64,000 nt of DNA from an uncultured candidate division Zixibacteria bacterium (GTDB taxonomy: Bacteria; Zixibacteria; MSB-5A5; UBA10806), in the NCBI GenBank assembly GCA_963801605.1, contig CAWDFP010000006.1, positions 128,001 through 192,000 of the forward strand, written 5' to 3'. A model generated the notes under the pieces. That model was not told the origin of the DNA. It searched no databases and saw only the letters and a list, made by a program, of their open reading frames with translations. Every line of letters starts with the position of its first letter. Position 1 is the stretch's first letter. The position numbers and the translations under genes are program-made. Shown piece by piece: positions 18,938-29,445 of this stretch.

Positions 18938-19889
18938 AATCGAATCGTCCGATTGGACAGACCCGGAGTTGACAGCTCATCTAAAAAGCTGCCAATCCTG
19001 CGCGAAATTGGCCGCGGCGCAAAGAGTGATCGATTTAGCTCAAGAGAGTATCACAAATGAGGCGGTTCTTAAGCCAAGTGACCTGTCTGTTATCAAGGCC
19101 AATCTGGCAGCGCGTCAATCACAAAAGGAGCTATCATTTATGTCTAAAATCAGCACTGCACTTGCCGGCCATAAAAGTTGGGGATTGGGCCTGGGGTTTG
19201 TAGTATTCGCAATATTATTCCTGACTCTGGTGCCGCTGCCATATCAACGGATTAACGGATACAATGTCAGTTTCGCGGGGGTCGAGGGTGTCATTCCGCA
19301 GGCGCAGATGACCAAAGCCCTGAACGCCATTGGTTACGGCAACGTGGCCGTTAAAGTGGCTGCATCCGAAAAAGGGACGGATTATGAAGTTTCATCACTA
19401 CCGTCGCTTCAGGCTGCCAAAGAGGTGGCGGCCGCTTTGGCCGCGTTGACAGAAGCCAAGGCCAATGCGAAAATCGCTCCAAACATCGAGACGGTATCAG
19501 CCAGCCTCTACGCTCAAGCTCGCAACCGGATAATCCAGATCGAGGTCAACGGCGAGGGGAAAACCGATGAGCAAATCAAAGCTGAGATAGAATCCAAACT
19601 GGCAGCGCAAGGGTGTACAGGATCACTCGTATATCTAAAAACCGATTCGACAGGTAGGAGAGAAATAAAACTCGATATCCAGACGTCGGATAGCGCCGCC
19701 TGTCAAATGGGAACAACTATAGAAGTTGACACACGCGGCAAAACGGATGATCAGATAAAGGCGGAGGTCGAATCTAAACTGGCCGCCCAGGGACATCCCG
19801 GCGCTCAGGTCGAGGTCCGTTCTAATGGTGGTGATAGCCTGCATAATGTGGAGATTCGAATAGAAAACATTGACACCACGCAGCATTAA
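18912..19889 (+). CDS. Zinc-binding (ZAS) transmembrane anti-sigma factor
   Basis: SD GGAG then MRCHKAK...HLKSCQSC (HxxxCxxC); single TM; periplasmic duplicated GKTD(E/D)QIKAE(I/V)ESKLAAQG motif. Confidence 0.8.
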   Translation: MRCHKAKAKIESSDWTDPELTAHLKSCQSCAKLAAAQRVIDLAQESITNEAVLKPSDLSVIKANLAARQSQKELSFMSKISTALAGHKSWGLGLGFVVFAILFLTLVPLPYQRINGYNVSFAGVEGVIPQAQMTKALNAIGYGNVAVKVAASEKGTDYEVSSLPSLQAAKEVAAALAALTEAKANAKIAPNIETVSASLYAQARNRIIQIEVNGEGKTDEQIKAEIESKLAAQGCTGSLVYLKTDSTGRREIKLDIQTSDSAACQMGTTIEVDTRGKTDDQIKAEVESKLAAQGHPGAQVEVRSNGGDSLHNVEIRIENIDTTQH

Positions 19890-19905
19890 TAGCATTTGAT
19901 TACTT

Positions 19906-19963
19906 GTTCCGTCAGGTGGCCTCACCTGACGGAACGGTGTCGGGTCAGGCGACTCAACACCAC
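19906..19963. repeat. Two adjacent REP-like palindromes
   Basis: GTTCCGTCAGGTGGCCTCACCTGACGGAAC and GGTGTCGGGTCAGGCGACTCAACACCAC. Confidence 0.7.
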
Positions 19964-19980
19964 GGTTTATAACTCAAGCA

Positions 19981-20035
19981 TTAATAGGAAAACCATACCA
20001 AATAAGGGCGGCGCCGGCGAGTGCCGTTTTTTTTT
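19981..20035 (+). terminator. Intrinsic terminator preceded by a conserved sequence (copy 1)
   Basis: TTAATAGGAAAACCATACCAAATAAGGGCGGCG...TGCCG-T9; 31/33 nt identical to 21683-21715. Confidence 0.65.
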
Positions 20036-20198
20036 ATGGAAGATCCCGTCAGGGAATAATGGAACTATATGACGAGCCTAATTTGTTGACATGGTGCACC
20101 AAATAGATACTGCCGTCTTTGTCGTTGTTTTGAAAGCCCTGATTTGTTCAAAAAAGCAATTCTCAGGGAATGAAAATTTACCTCAAACGGAGGATAAT

Positions 20199-21572
20199 AT
20201 GTCTGGGATCGAGGGAGCGAAACTGTCCGTATTATGCCGCCATTGGCATATCCTGGTTCTTGGTCTAATACTATTATTAACGGGATGCACACGCGAAAAA
20301 GTGGTCTTAGTTCAGCAGGTCTTCGGGGAGTTTCCAGAGCCGCTTTCGCTTATTCATCCCGCGCCGGATTCGCTTATTACCTCCGATCACCCCAGCTTTT
20401 TCTGGCACAAAACCGCCGATGGAATTCGCCATCAAATACAAGTGGCCCGAACAAGCGATTTCATGAGCAAAACGATCGATGCTTATACTGATGACACCAG
20501 CTATACAACTATCTCGGCGATGTCAAATGACACCTATTACTGGCGGGTAAGAAGCCGTAATCTTGAAGAAGTATGGGGCAACTGGGCCGACGCTGAGCTG
20601 AGATTATTTTACAAAAGCGATTATATCAATTTCGTGGAATTGCTGTCTCAAACGGAAACTTATGGCGTGCCCCAGGATGTCTTTGTGCGAGGCGATACTG
20701 CATACGTGGCTGATGGTCAAGCCGATCTCACGATGTTTGATATCAGCATACCAGCCTATCCGGCCTTAATAAGGAATATCGATACTCGGCAGGACGATTT
20801 TGCCAAGGGTGTATTCGCCTCGCAATCCGATTCCTTTCCTTTCGTCTATGTGGCCGATATGGATGGCAAAATTCAGGCGTTTTGTGTCAATGATACCTCG
20901 GGTTTGCAGGACGCCTCATTAGGCGGTGATCAGAATATCGAAGATATTACAGGTGTAATATTGCCCGATTCAACGGGAGTGCTTGATCTATGGCTTATAA
21001 GCGTTTCATCAGGCTACAATCGACGAAAACTGACAGCTTACCAACTGCCCAGCGGGACTGGCGGCAACTCTTATGGATTTATGAATTGGATTGCGATGCC
21101 CGCCGATGCCATGGGGCTTTGCGTCGACTCGGGCTATATCTACGTGGCTGGCGGCGGCGCAGGATTACTGGTTATTGATTTTCAAGACCCTCACAATTTT
21201 GTAGAGATATCGTCCTGCATTTTACCCGGTATCGCCCTATCTATCGAAATTAAAAACAATCTGCTCTATTTGACATGCGACCGGGCCGGTGTCTTTATTG
21301 TCGATATCAGCGACAGGTATAACCCAACCGTGGTCAAAAATATCAATACCTCCGGACGGGCAAAGGATATTCAGATCGTTGGCGATTACGCTTTTATCGC
21401 CGATGGCGGCGGGGGCCTGAAAGTGATTGATATCGCCCAGACTGATTCGGCTCATATAGTGACATCATACGCCACTCCTTATGCTTACGGCCTTTGGGTG
21501 GGGCCGGATTATATTTATCTTTGCGACAGGGATCTAGGGCTCATGGTTTTTAGAAATAAAATTAATCCGTGA
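20199..21572 (+). CDS. Lipoprotein with an Fn3-like domain and LVIVD-repeat beta-propeller
   Basis: SD GGAGG, lipobox LLTGC, YYWRVRS, repeated AYVADG/IYVAGG..GLLVID/GLKVIDI. Confidence 0.85.
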   Translation: MSGIEGAKLSVLCRHWHILVLGLILLLTGCTREKVVLVQQVFGEFPEPLSLIHPAPDSLITSDHPSFFWHKTADGIRHQIQVARTSDFMSKTIDAYTDDTSYTTISAMSNDTYYWRVRSRNLEEVWGNWADAELRLFYKSDYINFVELLSQTETYGVPQDVFVRGDTAYVADGQADLTMFDISIPAYPALIRNIDTRQDDFAKGVFASQSDSFPFVYVADMDGKIQAFCVNDTSGLQDASLGGDQNIEDITGVILPDSTGVLDLWLISVSSGYNRRKLTAYQLPSGTGGNSYGFMNWIAMPADAMGLCVDSGYIYVAGGGAGLLVIDFQDPHNFVEISSCILPGIALSIEIKNNLLYLTCDRAGVFIVDISDRYNPTVVKNINTSGRAKDIQIVGDYAFIADGGGGLKVIDIAQTDSAHIVTSYATPYAYGLWVGPDYIYLCDRDLGLMVFRNKINP

Positions 21573-21682
21573 AAATGTCGGAGTTGCCCCCAGGGAAACT
21601 TATCTGACGATTTTTGTTATAATGGCCAATGGTCTCGGCTTGTCTGAAGGGCCATCCTTTTACATTTGAGGCTACATTTATT

Positions 21683-21737
21683 TTAATATGAAAACCATAC
21701 CAACTAAGGGCGGCGAGTAACAATGCCGCCTTTTTTT
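21683..21737 (+). terminator. Intrinsic terminator preceded by a conserved sequence (copy 2; possible sRNA 3' end)
   Basis: TTAATATGAAAACCATACCAACTAAGGGCGGCG...TGCCGCC-T7; extended -10 TGTTATAAT at 21615-21623. Confidence 0.65.
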
Positions 21738-21768
21738 ATTCATCTAATTGGATATCGCCAAAGCGGTC

Positions 21769-21797
21769 TTGACATTAATGCCATTAATTCTTAATAT
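21769..21797 (+). promoter_or_regulatory. sigma70 promoter with palindromic operator, HMGCS operon
   Basis: TTGACA-N17-TAATAT; palindrome ATTAATG-C-CATTAAT (21774-21788) overlaps the spacer. Confidence 0.65.
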
Positions 21798-21867
21798 GGT
21801 GAACAATATTTGTATCTTGCGGTTTAATGAGTTGTAAGAATTGTCACCGAAAGAGAGGTATTTTATT

Positions 21868-22928
21868 ATGGTAGGAATTGTCGGGTATGGTGCCTACATA
21901 CCTCGTAATAGAATCAAAGTCGAAGAGATCGCCAAGGTTTGGGGGGCGGATGCTCCCAGCTATAAAAAGGGACTGATGCTCCAGGAAAAATCGGTACCCA
22001 GCCCCGATCAGGATACCATCACCATGTCGGTGGAAGCGACCAAGAACGCTCTTCGACGGGCCGGGATCGATCCGGTTAAAATCGGAGCGGTTTATGTCGG
22101 TTCGGAATCTCATCCCTACGCGGTGAAACCGTCGGGAACGACCCTGGCCGAAGCTATTGGCGCGGTTCCGGATTGCCATTGCGCCGATTTCGAATTCGCC
22201 TGCAAGGCAGGTTCGGAGGGCATGTTTGTAGCGATGGGTCTGGTTAAGGCCGGCGAAATCGAATACGGTCTCGGTGTGGGCGCGGATACATCGCAAGGCG
22301 CACCCGGTGATGCCTTCGAGTATTCAGCGTCAGCAGGCGCGGCGGCCTATATTTTCGGGACCAAAACAGAAGAGATTATAGCCGAGTGCCATTTCACTCA
22401 TTCTTATATGACTGATACACCCGATTTCTGGAGACGAGAATATCAGTTCTATCCTCGTCATGCTTCAAGCTTCACCGGCGAACCGGCCTATTTCAAACAT
22501 GTGTTAGGCTGTTCGGAGGCACTCATGAAAAAGGCCAACATGAAGCCCAAGGATTTCGCGCATGTGGTCTTTCATCAACCCAACGGTAAATTCCCGATGA
22601 ATGTCGGTTTGATGCAGGGGTTCACCAAGAAGCAGATCGAAACCGGCTGGCTCGTCTCCGACACTTCGGCAACACCTATTCGGGTGCGTCGCCGATAGGC
22701 CTGACCGCCATTCTCGATATCGCCAAGCCCGGCGACTGGATCATGATGGTATCTTACGGTTCCGGCGCGGGCAGCGATGGTTTCGTTTGGAAAGTTACCG
22801 ACCGAATCGACGAAGTTCGCGATAAGGCGGTCCAGACCCGAGCAATGCTCGATTCACCGAAGAAGAAATATCTCGATTACGGCACTTATGCCAAATATCG
22901 AGGCAAAATCAAAAAGCTTTCCAATTAG
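21868..22928 (+). CDS. Archaeal-type hydroxymethylglutaryl-CoA synthase (frameshift near 22660)
   Basis: GIVGYGAYIP, GSESHPYAVKP, EFACKAG (catalytic Cys), FHQPNGKFP; GNTYSGAS and SYGSGAGSD in the next frame. Confidence 0.9.
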
Positions 22929-22952
22929 ATGATATTTATCGGAGGAAAATAG

Positions 22953-24113
22953 ATGAGAGATGTAGCAGTAATCGGCATCGGAATGAACAAATGGGGCGAG
23001 CTCTGGGAGAAATCGATCTCCGATCTCATTGCCGAAAGCGCCCTGCTGGCGTTGGATGACGCCGGGATCGATAAGGTCGATGCCATGTATATCGGCTGTA
23101 TGTCATCGGGGCTGTTTACCGATCAGGAGCATTTGGGTTCGATCGGCCCCGACTATAGCGGGCTCTGTCCCACGCCGGGAATCCGGGTGGAATCGGCTTG
23201 CGCGTCGGGCGGTGTGGCTTTCGCTCGGGATTCCTGCATGTAGCATCGGGGATGGCTGATATCGTCATGGTTCTCGGAGTCGAGAAGATGAACGATGTCG
23301 ACGGGGCCAAAGCCACGTTTGCGTTGGCTACCGCCGCCGATCAGGAATACGAAGTTTACAACGGTGTCACGTTCCCCGGCCTGTACGCCATGATGGCCAA
23401 TCATCATATGAATAAATATGGCACCACGCGCGATCAGATGGCGCAGGTGGCGGTGAAAAATCATAAGAACGGCATGAAGAATCCGTTGGCGCAATTCCGT
23501 ATGGAAGTGACGCTCGACCAGGTGAAAAACGCGGTCATGGTGGCCGATCCGTTGACGATACTCGATTGCTCACCTATTACCGATGGTTCCGCGGCTGTGA
23601 TTCTCTGCCCGCTCGATATGGCAAAATCATTATCGAAGAAGCGAATCGTGAAAGTGATTGGTTCGGGGCACGCGTCGGATACGATTCAGTTGGCCCAACG
23701 CGAAGACCTGTCATACATCAAATCGACTGAGATTGCCGCTAAGGAAGCGTCTGAAAATGGCGGGCCGCAAAATCAGCGATATCAATTTCGCCGAGGTGCA
23801 TGACTGCTTTACGATTGCCGAGATCATGGTGATCGAGGCATTGGGCGTTGCCGAAAACGGCAAGGGCGGCCCGGCAACCATGGATGGGTTAACCGCTGTT
23901 GATGGCAAGTTTCCGGTTAATGCATCCGGCGGATTGAAATCCAAGGGGCATCCGGTCGGCGCCACGGGCGTGGCGCAGATTGTGGAGCTTACCAAGCAGA
24001 TCCGCGGCGAGGCCGATGAGGGCCGTAAGGTGAAAAACGCAAATATCGGTCTGGCGCAGAACATGGGCGGCAGCGGCGCCAGCTCCGTGGTTCATATTCT
24101 GGAGGGAATTTAA
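22953..24113 (+). CDS. Archaeal-type acetyl-CoA acetyltransferase/thiolase (frameshifts near 23225 and 23750)
   Basis: [48 protein letters not shown], spread over three frames. Confidence 0.9.
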
Positions 24114-24114
24114 G

Positions 24115-24510
24115 ATGTCATCACCAAGATACTGGCGGGCGATGCCCCAGAGATACCGTTTCGAGGCGGCCAAATGCAAAAAGTGCGGCAAGGTGCTGTT
24201 CCCTCCGAGACTGGTTTGCCCGAATTGCCATAATCGCGAATTCGTGAAAACCAATATTCACGATACCGGCAAGGTTGAGACTTTCACGGTTATTCGCGTG
24301 GCACCGAGCGGCTTTACGGATTTAACGCCGTACCCAATCGCAATCGTGAATGTCGGCGATGGCGTCAGAATCCTCTGCCAGATGGCCGACTGCGATTTAG
24401 AGGATCTCAAAATCGGAATGAGTGTGCGTCTGGAGTTCCGCAAAGTCTCCGCCGAGGGCGAAAGCGGGATTATCTACTACGGATATAAGGCTGTCCCGGA
24501 AGTAAAATAG
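24115..24510 (+). CDS. DUF35 Zn-ribbon/OB-fold scaffold protein
   Basis: CKKCG..FPPR..CPNC followed by an OB fold, ending YYGYK. Confidence 0.9.
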   Translation: MSSPRYWRAMPQRYRFEAAKCKKCGKVLFPPRLVCPNCHNREFVKTNIHDTGKVETFTVIRVAPSGFTDLTPYPIAIVNVGDGVRILCQMADCDLEDLKIGMSVRLEFRKVSAEGESGIIYYGYKAVPEVK

Positions 24511-24541
24511 TTATGAGTTATGGGTTGTGAGTTATGAGTTA
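24509..24541. repeat. Heptamer tandem repeat (AGTTATG)n
   Basis: AGTTATG AGTTATG GGTTGTG AGTTATG AGTTA. Confidence 0.75.
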
Positions 24542-24594
24542 ATAGGAAATGTGAAAAGGTTAGTGGAAAATCAAAAACTCATATCGTACAATAG

Positions 24595-24621
24595 AGGGGC
24601 GCGAGAATTGCGCCCCTTTTT
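24595..24621 (+). terminator. Intrinsic terminator
   Basis: AGGGGCGCG-AGAAT-TGCGCCCCT then TTTT. Confidence 0.7.
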
Positions 24622-24627
24622 GATGTT

Positions 24628-25238
24628 ATGAAACTTGAAAATCGGATAAAGGTTGGCAGGGGTTTGCGTCAAATTTTCATCATCATTCTAGTTCTAATGT
24701 TAAATAGTATATCTTTTGGTCAATATAATAATGAATTTAACTCAGATGAAAATGTAACAGGTATGCGATTTATAAATTTCAGTGGAATCACCGCCGCAAC
24801 CGGCAACCACGGAAGCGCATATGGAATTAAGTTTATTAACGGAGCGCTATTGGACAATAGATTTGGAATGGGATTTGGACTCGGATATGATAAATATTCC
24901 AAGTCCAGTGTGATTCCACTCTATTTAGATTTGAGGTTTTTTCCGGATTTCCAGGGGGACGAAGGAGCTTTTTTTTCGCGGATATTGGGTATTCTCTGGA
25001 TTCCGAGGACATATTAAAAGATACTCAAAAGGCCGGATTTTATTTTAATGGCGGCGGCGGGATAATCTTTTTGCTTCGAGGTACTACCGGCATCTCTCTT
25101 GATGTCGGCTATAAAATACAGAGAATGCCTGAGAATTGGGACAGGGTAATTTATTATCCTCATGGAGTATATAGTGAAGGCGGTACAAGGCACGTAGATT
25201 ATAAATCCTTTGCTATAAGTGCCGGAGTCACTTTTTAG
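24628..25238 (+). CDS. Small outer-membrane beta-barrel protein (frameshift in T-run near 24970)
   Basis: Signal peptide, GMGFGLGYD, IPLYLDLRF; shifted frame continues FADIGYS...FYFNGGGG...SLDVGYK...FAISAGVTF* (terminal Phe); AT-rich. Confidence 0.7.
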
Positions 25239-25257
25239 AATTTTGTCCGGTTCAAAC

Positions 25258-25318
25258 GTGCGGTCAGGTCTCCGCACCTGACCGCTCAAGGCTGGCGGGT
25301 ACGGAGACCCGACACCAC
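25258..25318. repeat. Pair of oppositely oriented REP-like palindromes
   Basis: GTGCGGTCAGGTCTCCGCACCTGACCGC and GGCGGGTACGGAGACCCGACACCAC. Confidence 0.75.
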
Positions 25319-25497
25319 AAGTTGGGAGAGGGCATAAACACTACCTCATCAACGAGAAAAAGATGAAACGAGATTAATCTTGCAAGAACTTCTGAAGACA
25401 TAATAATTATTATTATAAGATGGATTATTTTTTCATTAGCAGGATGGCATACGGGGACGTATGCCATCCACATGCCAGATAGATGGAAAGGCAAACC

Positions 25498-27105
25498 ATG
25501 TTCCGCATAGAATCCAAGATCGATACCAAAAGCGAAGAGTTCAATAAGAACACCGAAGCTTTGAAAAAGGTTGTGGGACTTTCGAGGAACGCCTGGCTGT
25601 CGTGCAAGCAGGGCGGGCCACCAGCGGCGCGAGAGAAACATCTGGCGCGCGGCAAACTACTGACGCGCGACCGGGTCAAAAAGCTGTTCGATAAAAATAC
25701 GCCGTTTTTAGAACTCTCCGCTTTGGCAGCCTACGATATCTACGACAACGACGCTCCCAGCGCCGGGATTATCACCGGTGTCGGCGTAGTGCATGGCCGC
25801 GAGGTGCTGGTTGTGGCCAACGATGCCACAGTCAAAGGCGGCACCTATTACCCGATGACGATCAAAAAGCATGTCCGGGCGCAGGAGATCGCCATGGAGA
25901 ATCGTCTGCCCTGTGTTTATCTGGTTGATTCGGGCGGGATATTTTTGCCGCATCAAAAGGATACATTCCCTGATAAAGGGCATTTCGGCAGCATCTTCTA
26001 CAACCAGGCGCGGATGTCGGCCATGGGGCTGGCACAGATTGCGGTAGTGCTTGGTTCCTGCACCGCGGGCGGGGCGTATGTACCGGCCATGAGCGATGAG
26101 GCGGTGATCGTGCGCAAGCAGGGGACGATCTTTATCGGCGGGCCGCCGCTGGTCAAGGCCGCTACCGGTGTCGATGTCACCGACGAGGAACTGGGCGGAG
26201 CCGATGTCCATTGCCGTATCTCCGGCGTGGCCGATCATTATGCGCTCAACGACGAGCACGCGCTGGAGATTACCCGCAATATCATTCAATGCCTTGAGGT
26301 CCCCAGGAAAACTGATATCGGACGAATCGAACCGGTGGAGCCGGAATACGATCAGAAAGAATTATACGGTGTCATGCCCCGCGATATCCGGAAGCCGTTC
26401 GATATGCGGGAGATAATCGCACGTATTGTTGACGGCAGCGAGTTTCAGGAGTTCAAGGAGCTTTACGGCCAAACTTTGGTTTGCGGTTTCGCGCGAATCA
26501 TGGGATATCCGGTGGGAATTCTGGGTAATAACGGCGTGCTATTTTCGGAAAGTGCGAAGAAGGGAGCGCATTTTATCGAGCTATGCACCATGCGAAAGAT
26601 TCCGCTGGTATTCCTGCAGAATATCACCGGCTTTATCGTCGGGAAAGAGTATGAGCACGGCGGGATAGCGTCAGATGGCGCCAAGATGGTGCATGCGGTG
26701 GCCAACGCCGATGTCCCCAAGTTCACGGTGATTGTGGGCGGCTCATACGGGGCGGGCAATTACGCCATGTGCGGGCGAGGCTACGATCCTCGATTTGTCT
26801 GGATGTGGCCCAATGCCAGGATCAGCGTTATGGGCGGCGAACAGGCGGCCAGCGTGCTTCTAACGGTCAAACTTAAGATCCTCGAAGCGCAAGGCAAGAC
26901 CATGACCAAAGAAGAGCAGGAGGCGTTCATGGCGCCGATACTCGAAAAATATGAGGCTGAAGGTTCGCCGTATTTTTCTACCGCCAGACTGTGGGATGAT
27001 GGCATCATCGATCCGATCGATACCCGGAATGTGCTGGGATTAGGAATATCGATTGCCTTAAATGCGCCGATACCGGAGCAAAAATATGGAATTTTCAGGA
27101 TGTAA
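25498..27105 (+). CDS. liuB: 3-methylcrotonyl-CoA carboxylase beta (carboxyltransferase) subunit
   Basis: [47 protein letters not shown]-terminal YGIFRM. Confidence 0.9.
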   Translation: MFRIESKIDTKSEEFNKNTEALKKVVGLSRNAWLSCKQGGPPAAREKHLARGKLLTRDRVKKLFDKNTPFLELSALAAYDIYDNDAPSAGIITGVGVVHGREVLVVANDATVKGGTYYPMTIKKHVRAQEIAMENRLPCVYLVDSGGIFLPHQKDTFPDKGHFGSIFYNQARMSAMGLAQIAVVLGSCTAGGAYVPAMSDEAVIVRKQGTIFIGGPPLVKAATGVDVTDEELGGADVHCRISGVADHYALNDEHALEITRNIIQCLEVPRKTDIGRIEPVEPEYDQKELYGVMPRDIRKPFDMREIIARIVDGSEFQEFKELYGQTLVCGFARIMGYPVGILGNNGVLFSESAKKGAHFIELCTMRKIPLVFLQNITGFIVGKEYEHGGIASDGAKMVHAVANADVPKFTVIVGGSYGAGNYAMCGRGYDPRFVWMWPNARISVMGGEQAASVLLTVKLKILEAQGKTMTKEEQEAFMAPILEKYEAEGSPYFSTARLWDDGIIDPIDTRNVLGLGISIALNAPIPEQKYGIFRM

Positions 27106-27168
27106 TTAGGATTGGGCGCGCAGATGGCCTTGTCTGCCGCTTAGTTGGAAAATGATTTAAATAAAAAT

Positions 27169-27196
27169 GTAGGGGCGTATTGCAATACGCCCCTAC
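27169..27196. repeat. REP-like perfect palindrome
   Basis: GTAGGGGCGTATTGCAATACGCCCCTAC. Confidence 0.85.
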
Positions 27197-27218
27197 ACAA
27201 AGAAAACAAATAATTTTT

Positions 27219-27637
27219 ATGAATACCGTAAATAAATATTCGCTTATCGCTCCCTGCGGAATCAATTGCGGAATTTGTTCGGCATATTTGAGAGATAAAA
27301 ACAATTGTCCCGGCTGCCGGGTGATAGATGCAAACAAACCCGTGACGCGCGTTCAGTTGTAAAATCAAGACCTGCGATTTATTCCAGGATGGGAACGGCG
27401 AAATTCTGTTTCAAATGCGATGATTTTCCCTGCACCAACCTGGCGCATTTGGATAAAAGATATCGCACTAAATATCAGATGAGTATGATTGAAAATTTGG
27501 AAAATATCGAAAAGCATGGAATAAGGAAATTTATCGAAAATGAAAAATTAAGATGGGCCTGCCCCAAATGCGAGGGGACTATTAACGTTCATAAAAGTAT
27601 TTGTGCTAATTGCGGAGCAAAACCGAGTTCTCAATAG
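27219..27637 (+). CDS. DUF3795-like Cys-rich protein (frameshift near 27355)
   Basis: IAPCGINCGIC, CPGC, FCFKCDDFPC, SMIENLENI, CPKCEG, CANCG; AT-rich. Confidence 0.75.
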
Positions 27638-27645
27638 GAATATAT

Positions 27646-28432
27646 ATGGCTGATTACTCAACAATTAAATTCGATGTTCGCGGCAAGGTGGCCTGGATAA
27701 CAATCAACAGGCCACAAGTTAAAAACGCGTTTAATGCGACAGTCATAATCGGAAATTGCGTCGGCGTTTCGGGATATAAACCAACGCAAAGACCTGCGCG
27801 TGGTTGTCCTGACCGGAGTGGCCGATGCTTTCTGCGCCGGAGCCGATCTCAACTGGATGGGCGATGTCCTCAAGTACTCGTATGAGGAAAATCTGGCCGA
27901 TTCGCTCATCTTGGCGGAAATGTTTCATCTGATCTTTACCTGCCCCCTGCCTACGATTGCCCGTGTTAACGGCCCCGCTATCGGCGGTGGATGCGGCCTG
28001 GCGGCGGTTTGCGATATAGTGATTGCATCGGATAAAGCGGTTTTTTCGCTCAGCGAGGTCAAGCTTGGCCTGGTGCCGGCCTGTATTTCGCCTTATGTGA
28101 TTCGTCGTATGGGCGATAAGAACTGCCGCGAATATTTTCTGACAGGCGAACGTCTAAATGCGCAAAAGGCATTAGCGGCGGGGCTGGTCAACGAGGTTGT
28201 GCCATCGGAAAAACTTAATAATGCTGTTAATGCCCGAGTCGATCAACTTCTCTCCAGCGGCCCGGAGGCGTTGGCCTGGTGCAAGGAGCTTCTGCATAAG
28301 GTGCCATCGATTTCCGAGCCGGAGGTTGGCAAATACACCGCCGAGGTGATCGCCCGTCTGCGCATGGGCGACGAGGGCCAGGAAGGCATGAAGGCATTTT
28401 TCGAGAAACGCAAGCCGAAGTGGGTGGAGTAG
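27646..28432 (+). CDS. liuC: Methylglutaconyl-CoA hydratase (crotonase family; frameshift near 27750)
   Basis: ITINRPQVKNAFN, FCAGADLNWM, AIGGGCGL, SEVKLGLVPA, EGQEGMKAFFEKRKP; context between MCC subunits. Confidence 0.82.
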
Positions 28433-28434
28433 GG

Positions 28435-28523
28435 AGTTGCGATTTATGGGTTTTGAGTTTTGAGTTATGCGTTGTGAGTTAGCAAGAGTTGTGATTGTAG
28501 GTCAAAATCCCTGTGGTTTTGAC
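28435..28523. repeat. Heptamer tandem repeat followed by a GTAG REP
   Basis: ~7 degenerate AGTT(A/T)TG units at 28435-28482; GTAGGTCAAAATCCCTGTGGTTTTGAC at 28497-28523. Confidence 0.7.
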
Positions 28524-28551
28524 AAACTGTGGCGTGAAAGGAATTATTAAT

Positions 28552-29298
28552 ATGAATAATGGGAATGAGAAATTTACAGCGCTTTTATTTGAAATTGTGA
28601 AAAACATTAAAGAAACTGATCATATTTACAAAACACAATTGTACTCAAAAAACATTACGCATCCTATTCCCTTTTTTGGAAATATTGAGAAAGCTAAAAT
28701 AGTCACAGTAGGGATTAATCCTGCTTCATCTGAATTTAAAGTTAATCGAACTTGGCCCCAAAGTGTTGATTTAGAGTATCTAATAGAACGGCTGAAACAT
28801 TACTTTAATTATCCTGGTATTCCTCCGCATAGCTGGTTTGATGTATGGGAAAAAGCATTAAATCACATTTCCATTTCATATTATTCTGGAGACGCCGCAC
28901 ATATCGATCTTTCGGCTCGTTCGACAATAAATATTGGAGAAATTTCAGAAATGGAGCTTTTTGAAAATATGATTGCAAGCGACCTGAGAGAATTCTTTCA
29001 GTTAATATATTGCTGTAGAAATTTGAGGCTATTATTAATAGCAGGAACTGTGACCAAGCGATATTATATTAATGAATTTATTAGCAAACATTGCAATCAA
29101 TATGGATTTAAACTTGTCGGGGATTTCAAGAGAAAGGAAAACCCCGGACGAGGTAAAATATACTTTCATCACCTAACTGGGCATGATTTTGACTTACCAG
29201 TGTTTTTTTGTAGCGTATCCCCGAGCGCACGCAATTCAAGTTTGCTTGTTGATAGAATTAGGGAGAACAAGCCCAAAATAATCGATTTGATGAAATAA
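28552..29298 (+). CDS. Uracil-DNA-glycosylase-superfamily-like protein (AT-rich insert)
   Basis: PIPFFGNIEKAKIVTVGINPAS resembles UDG motif A; SVSPSAR resembles a variant motif B. Confidence 0.55.
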   Translation: MNNGNEKFTALLFEIVKNIKETDHIYKTQLYSKNITHPIPFFGNIEKAKIVTVGINPASSEFKVNRTWPQSVDLEYLIERLKHYFNYPGIPPHSWFDVWEKALNHISISYYSGDAAHIDLSARSTINIGEISEMELFENMIASDLREFFQLIYCCRNLRLLLIAGTVTKRYYINEFISKHCNQYGFKLVGDFKRKENPGRGKIYFHHLTGHDFDLPVFFCSVSPSARNSSLLVDRIRENKPKIIDLMK

Positions 29299-29325
29299 TA
29301 ATTACAAGTAAGGAAGTGCTTGGCA

Positions 29326-29427
29326 GCGTCAGGTTCGGGGACCTGACGCCACGGGATTAGGTCGGGGCAAGCTCCGACACCTAAGACAACATGCTTATCC
29401 CGACTCCGTCGGGACAAGCATGCCACC
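29326..29427. repeat. REP-like palindrome cluster
   Basis: GCGTCAGGTTCGGGGACCTGACGCCAC; GTCGGGGCAAGCTCCGAC; CATGCTTATCCCGACTCCGTCGGGACAAGCATGCCACC. Confidence 0.75.
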
Positions 29428-29445
29428 CATGAATAAGGGAAATAG

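Noticed and set aside
21868..24510. PhlABC-type phloroglucinol acetyltransferase
   Set aside because: The synthase keeps its catalytic Cys/His/Glu motifs and there is no type III PKS; the HMGCS complex fits better.
24509..29427. Integron cassette array
   Set aside because: No integrase, no consistent attC R/L box architecture, and the inserts are interleaved with core genes.
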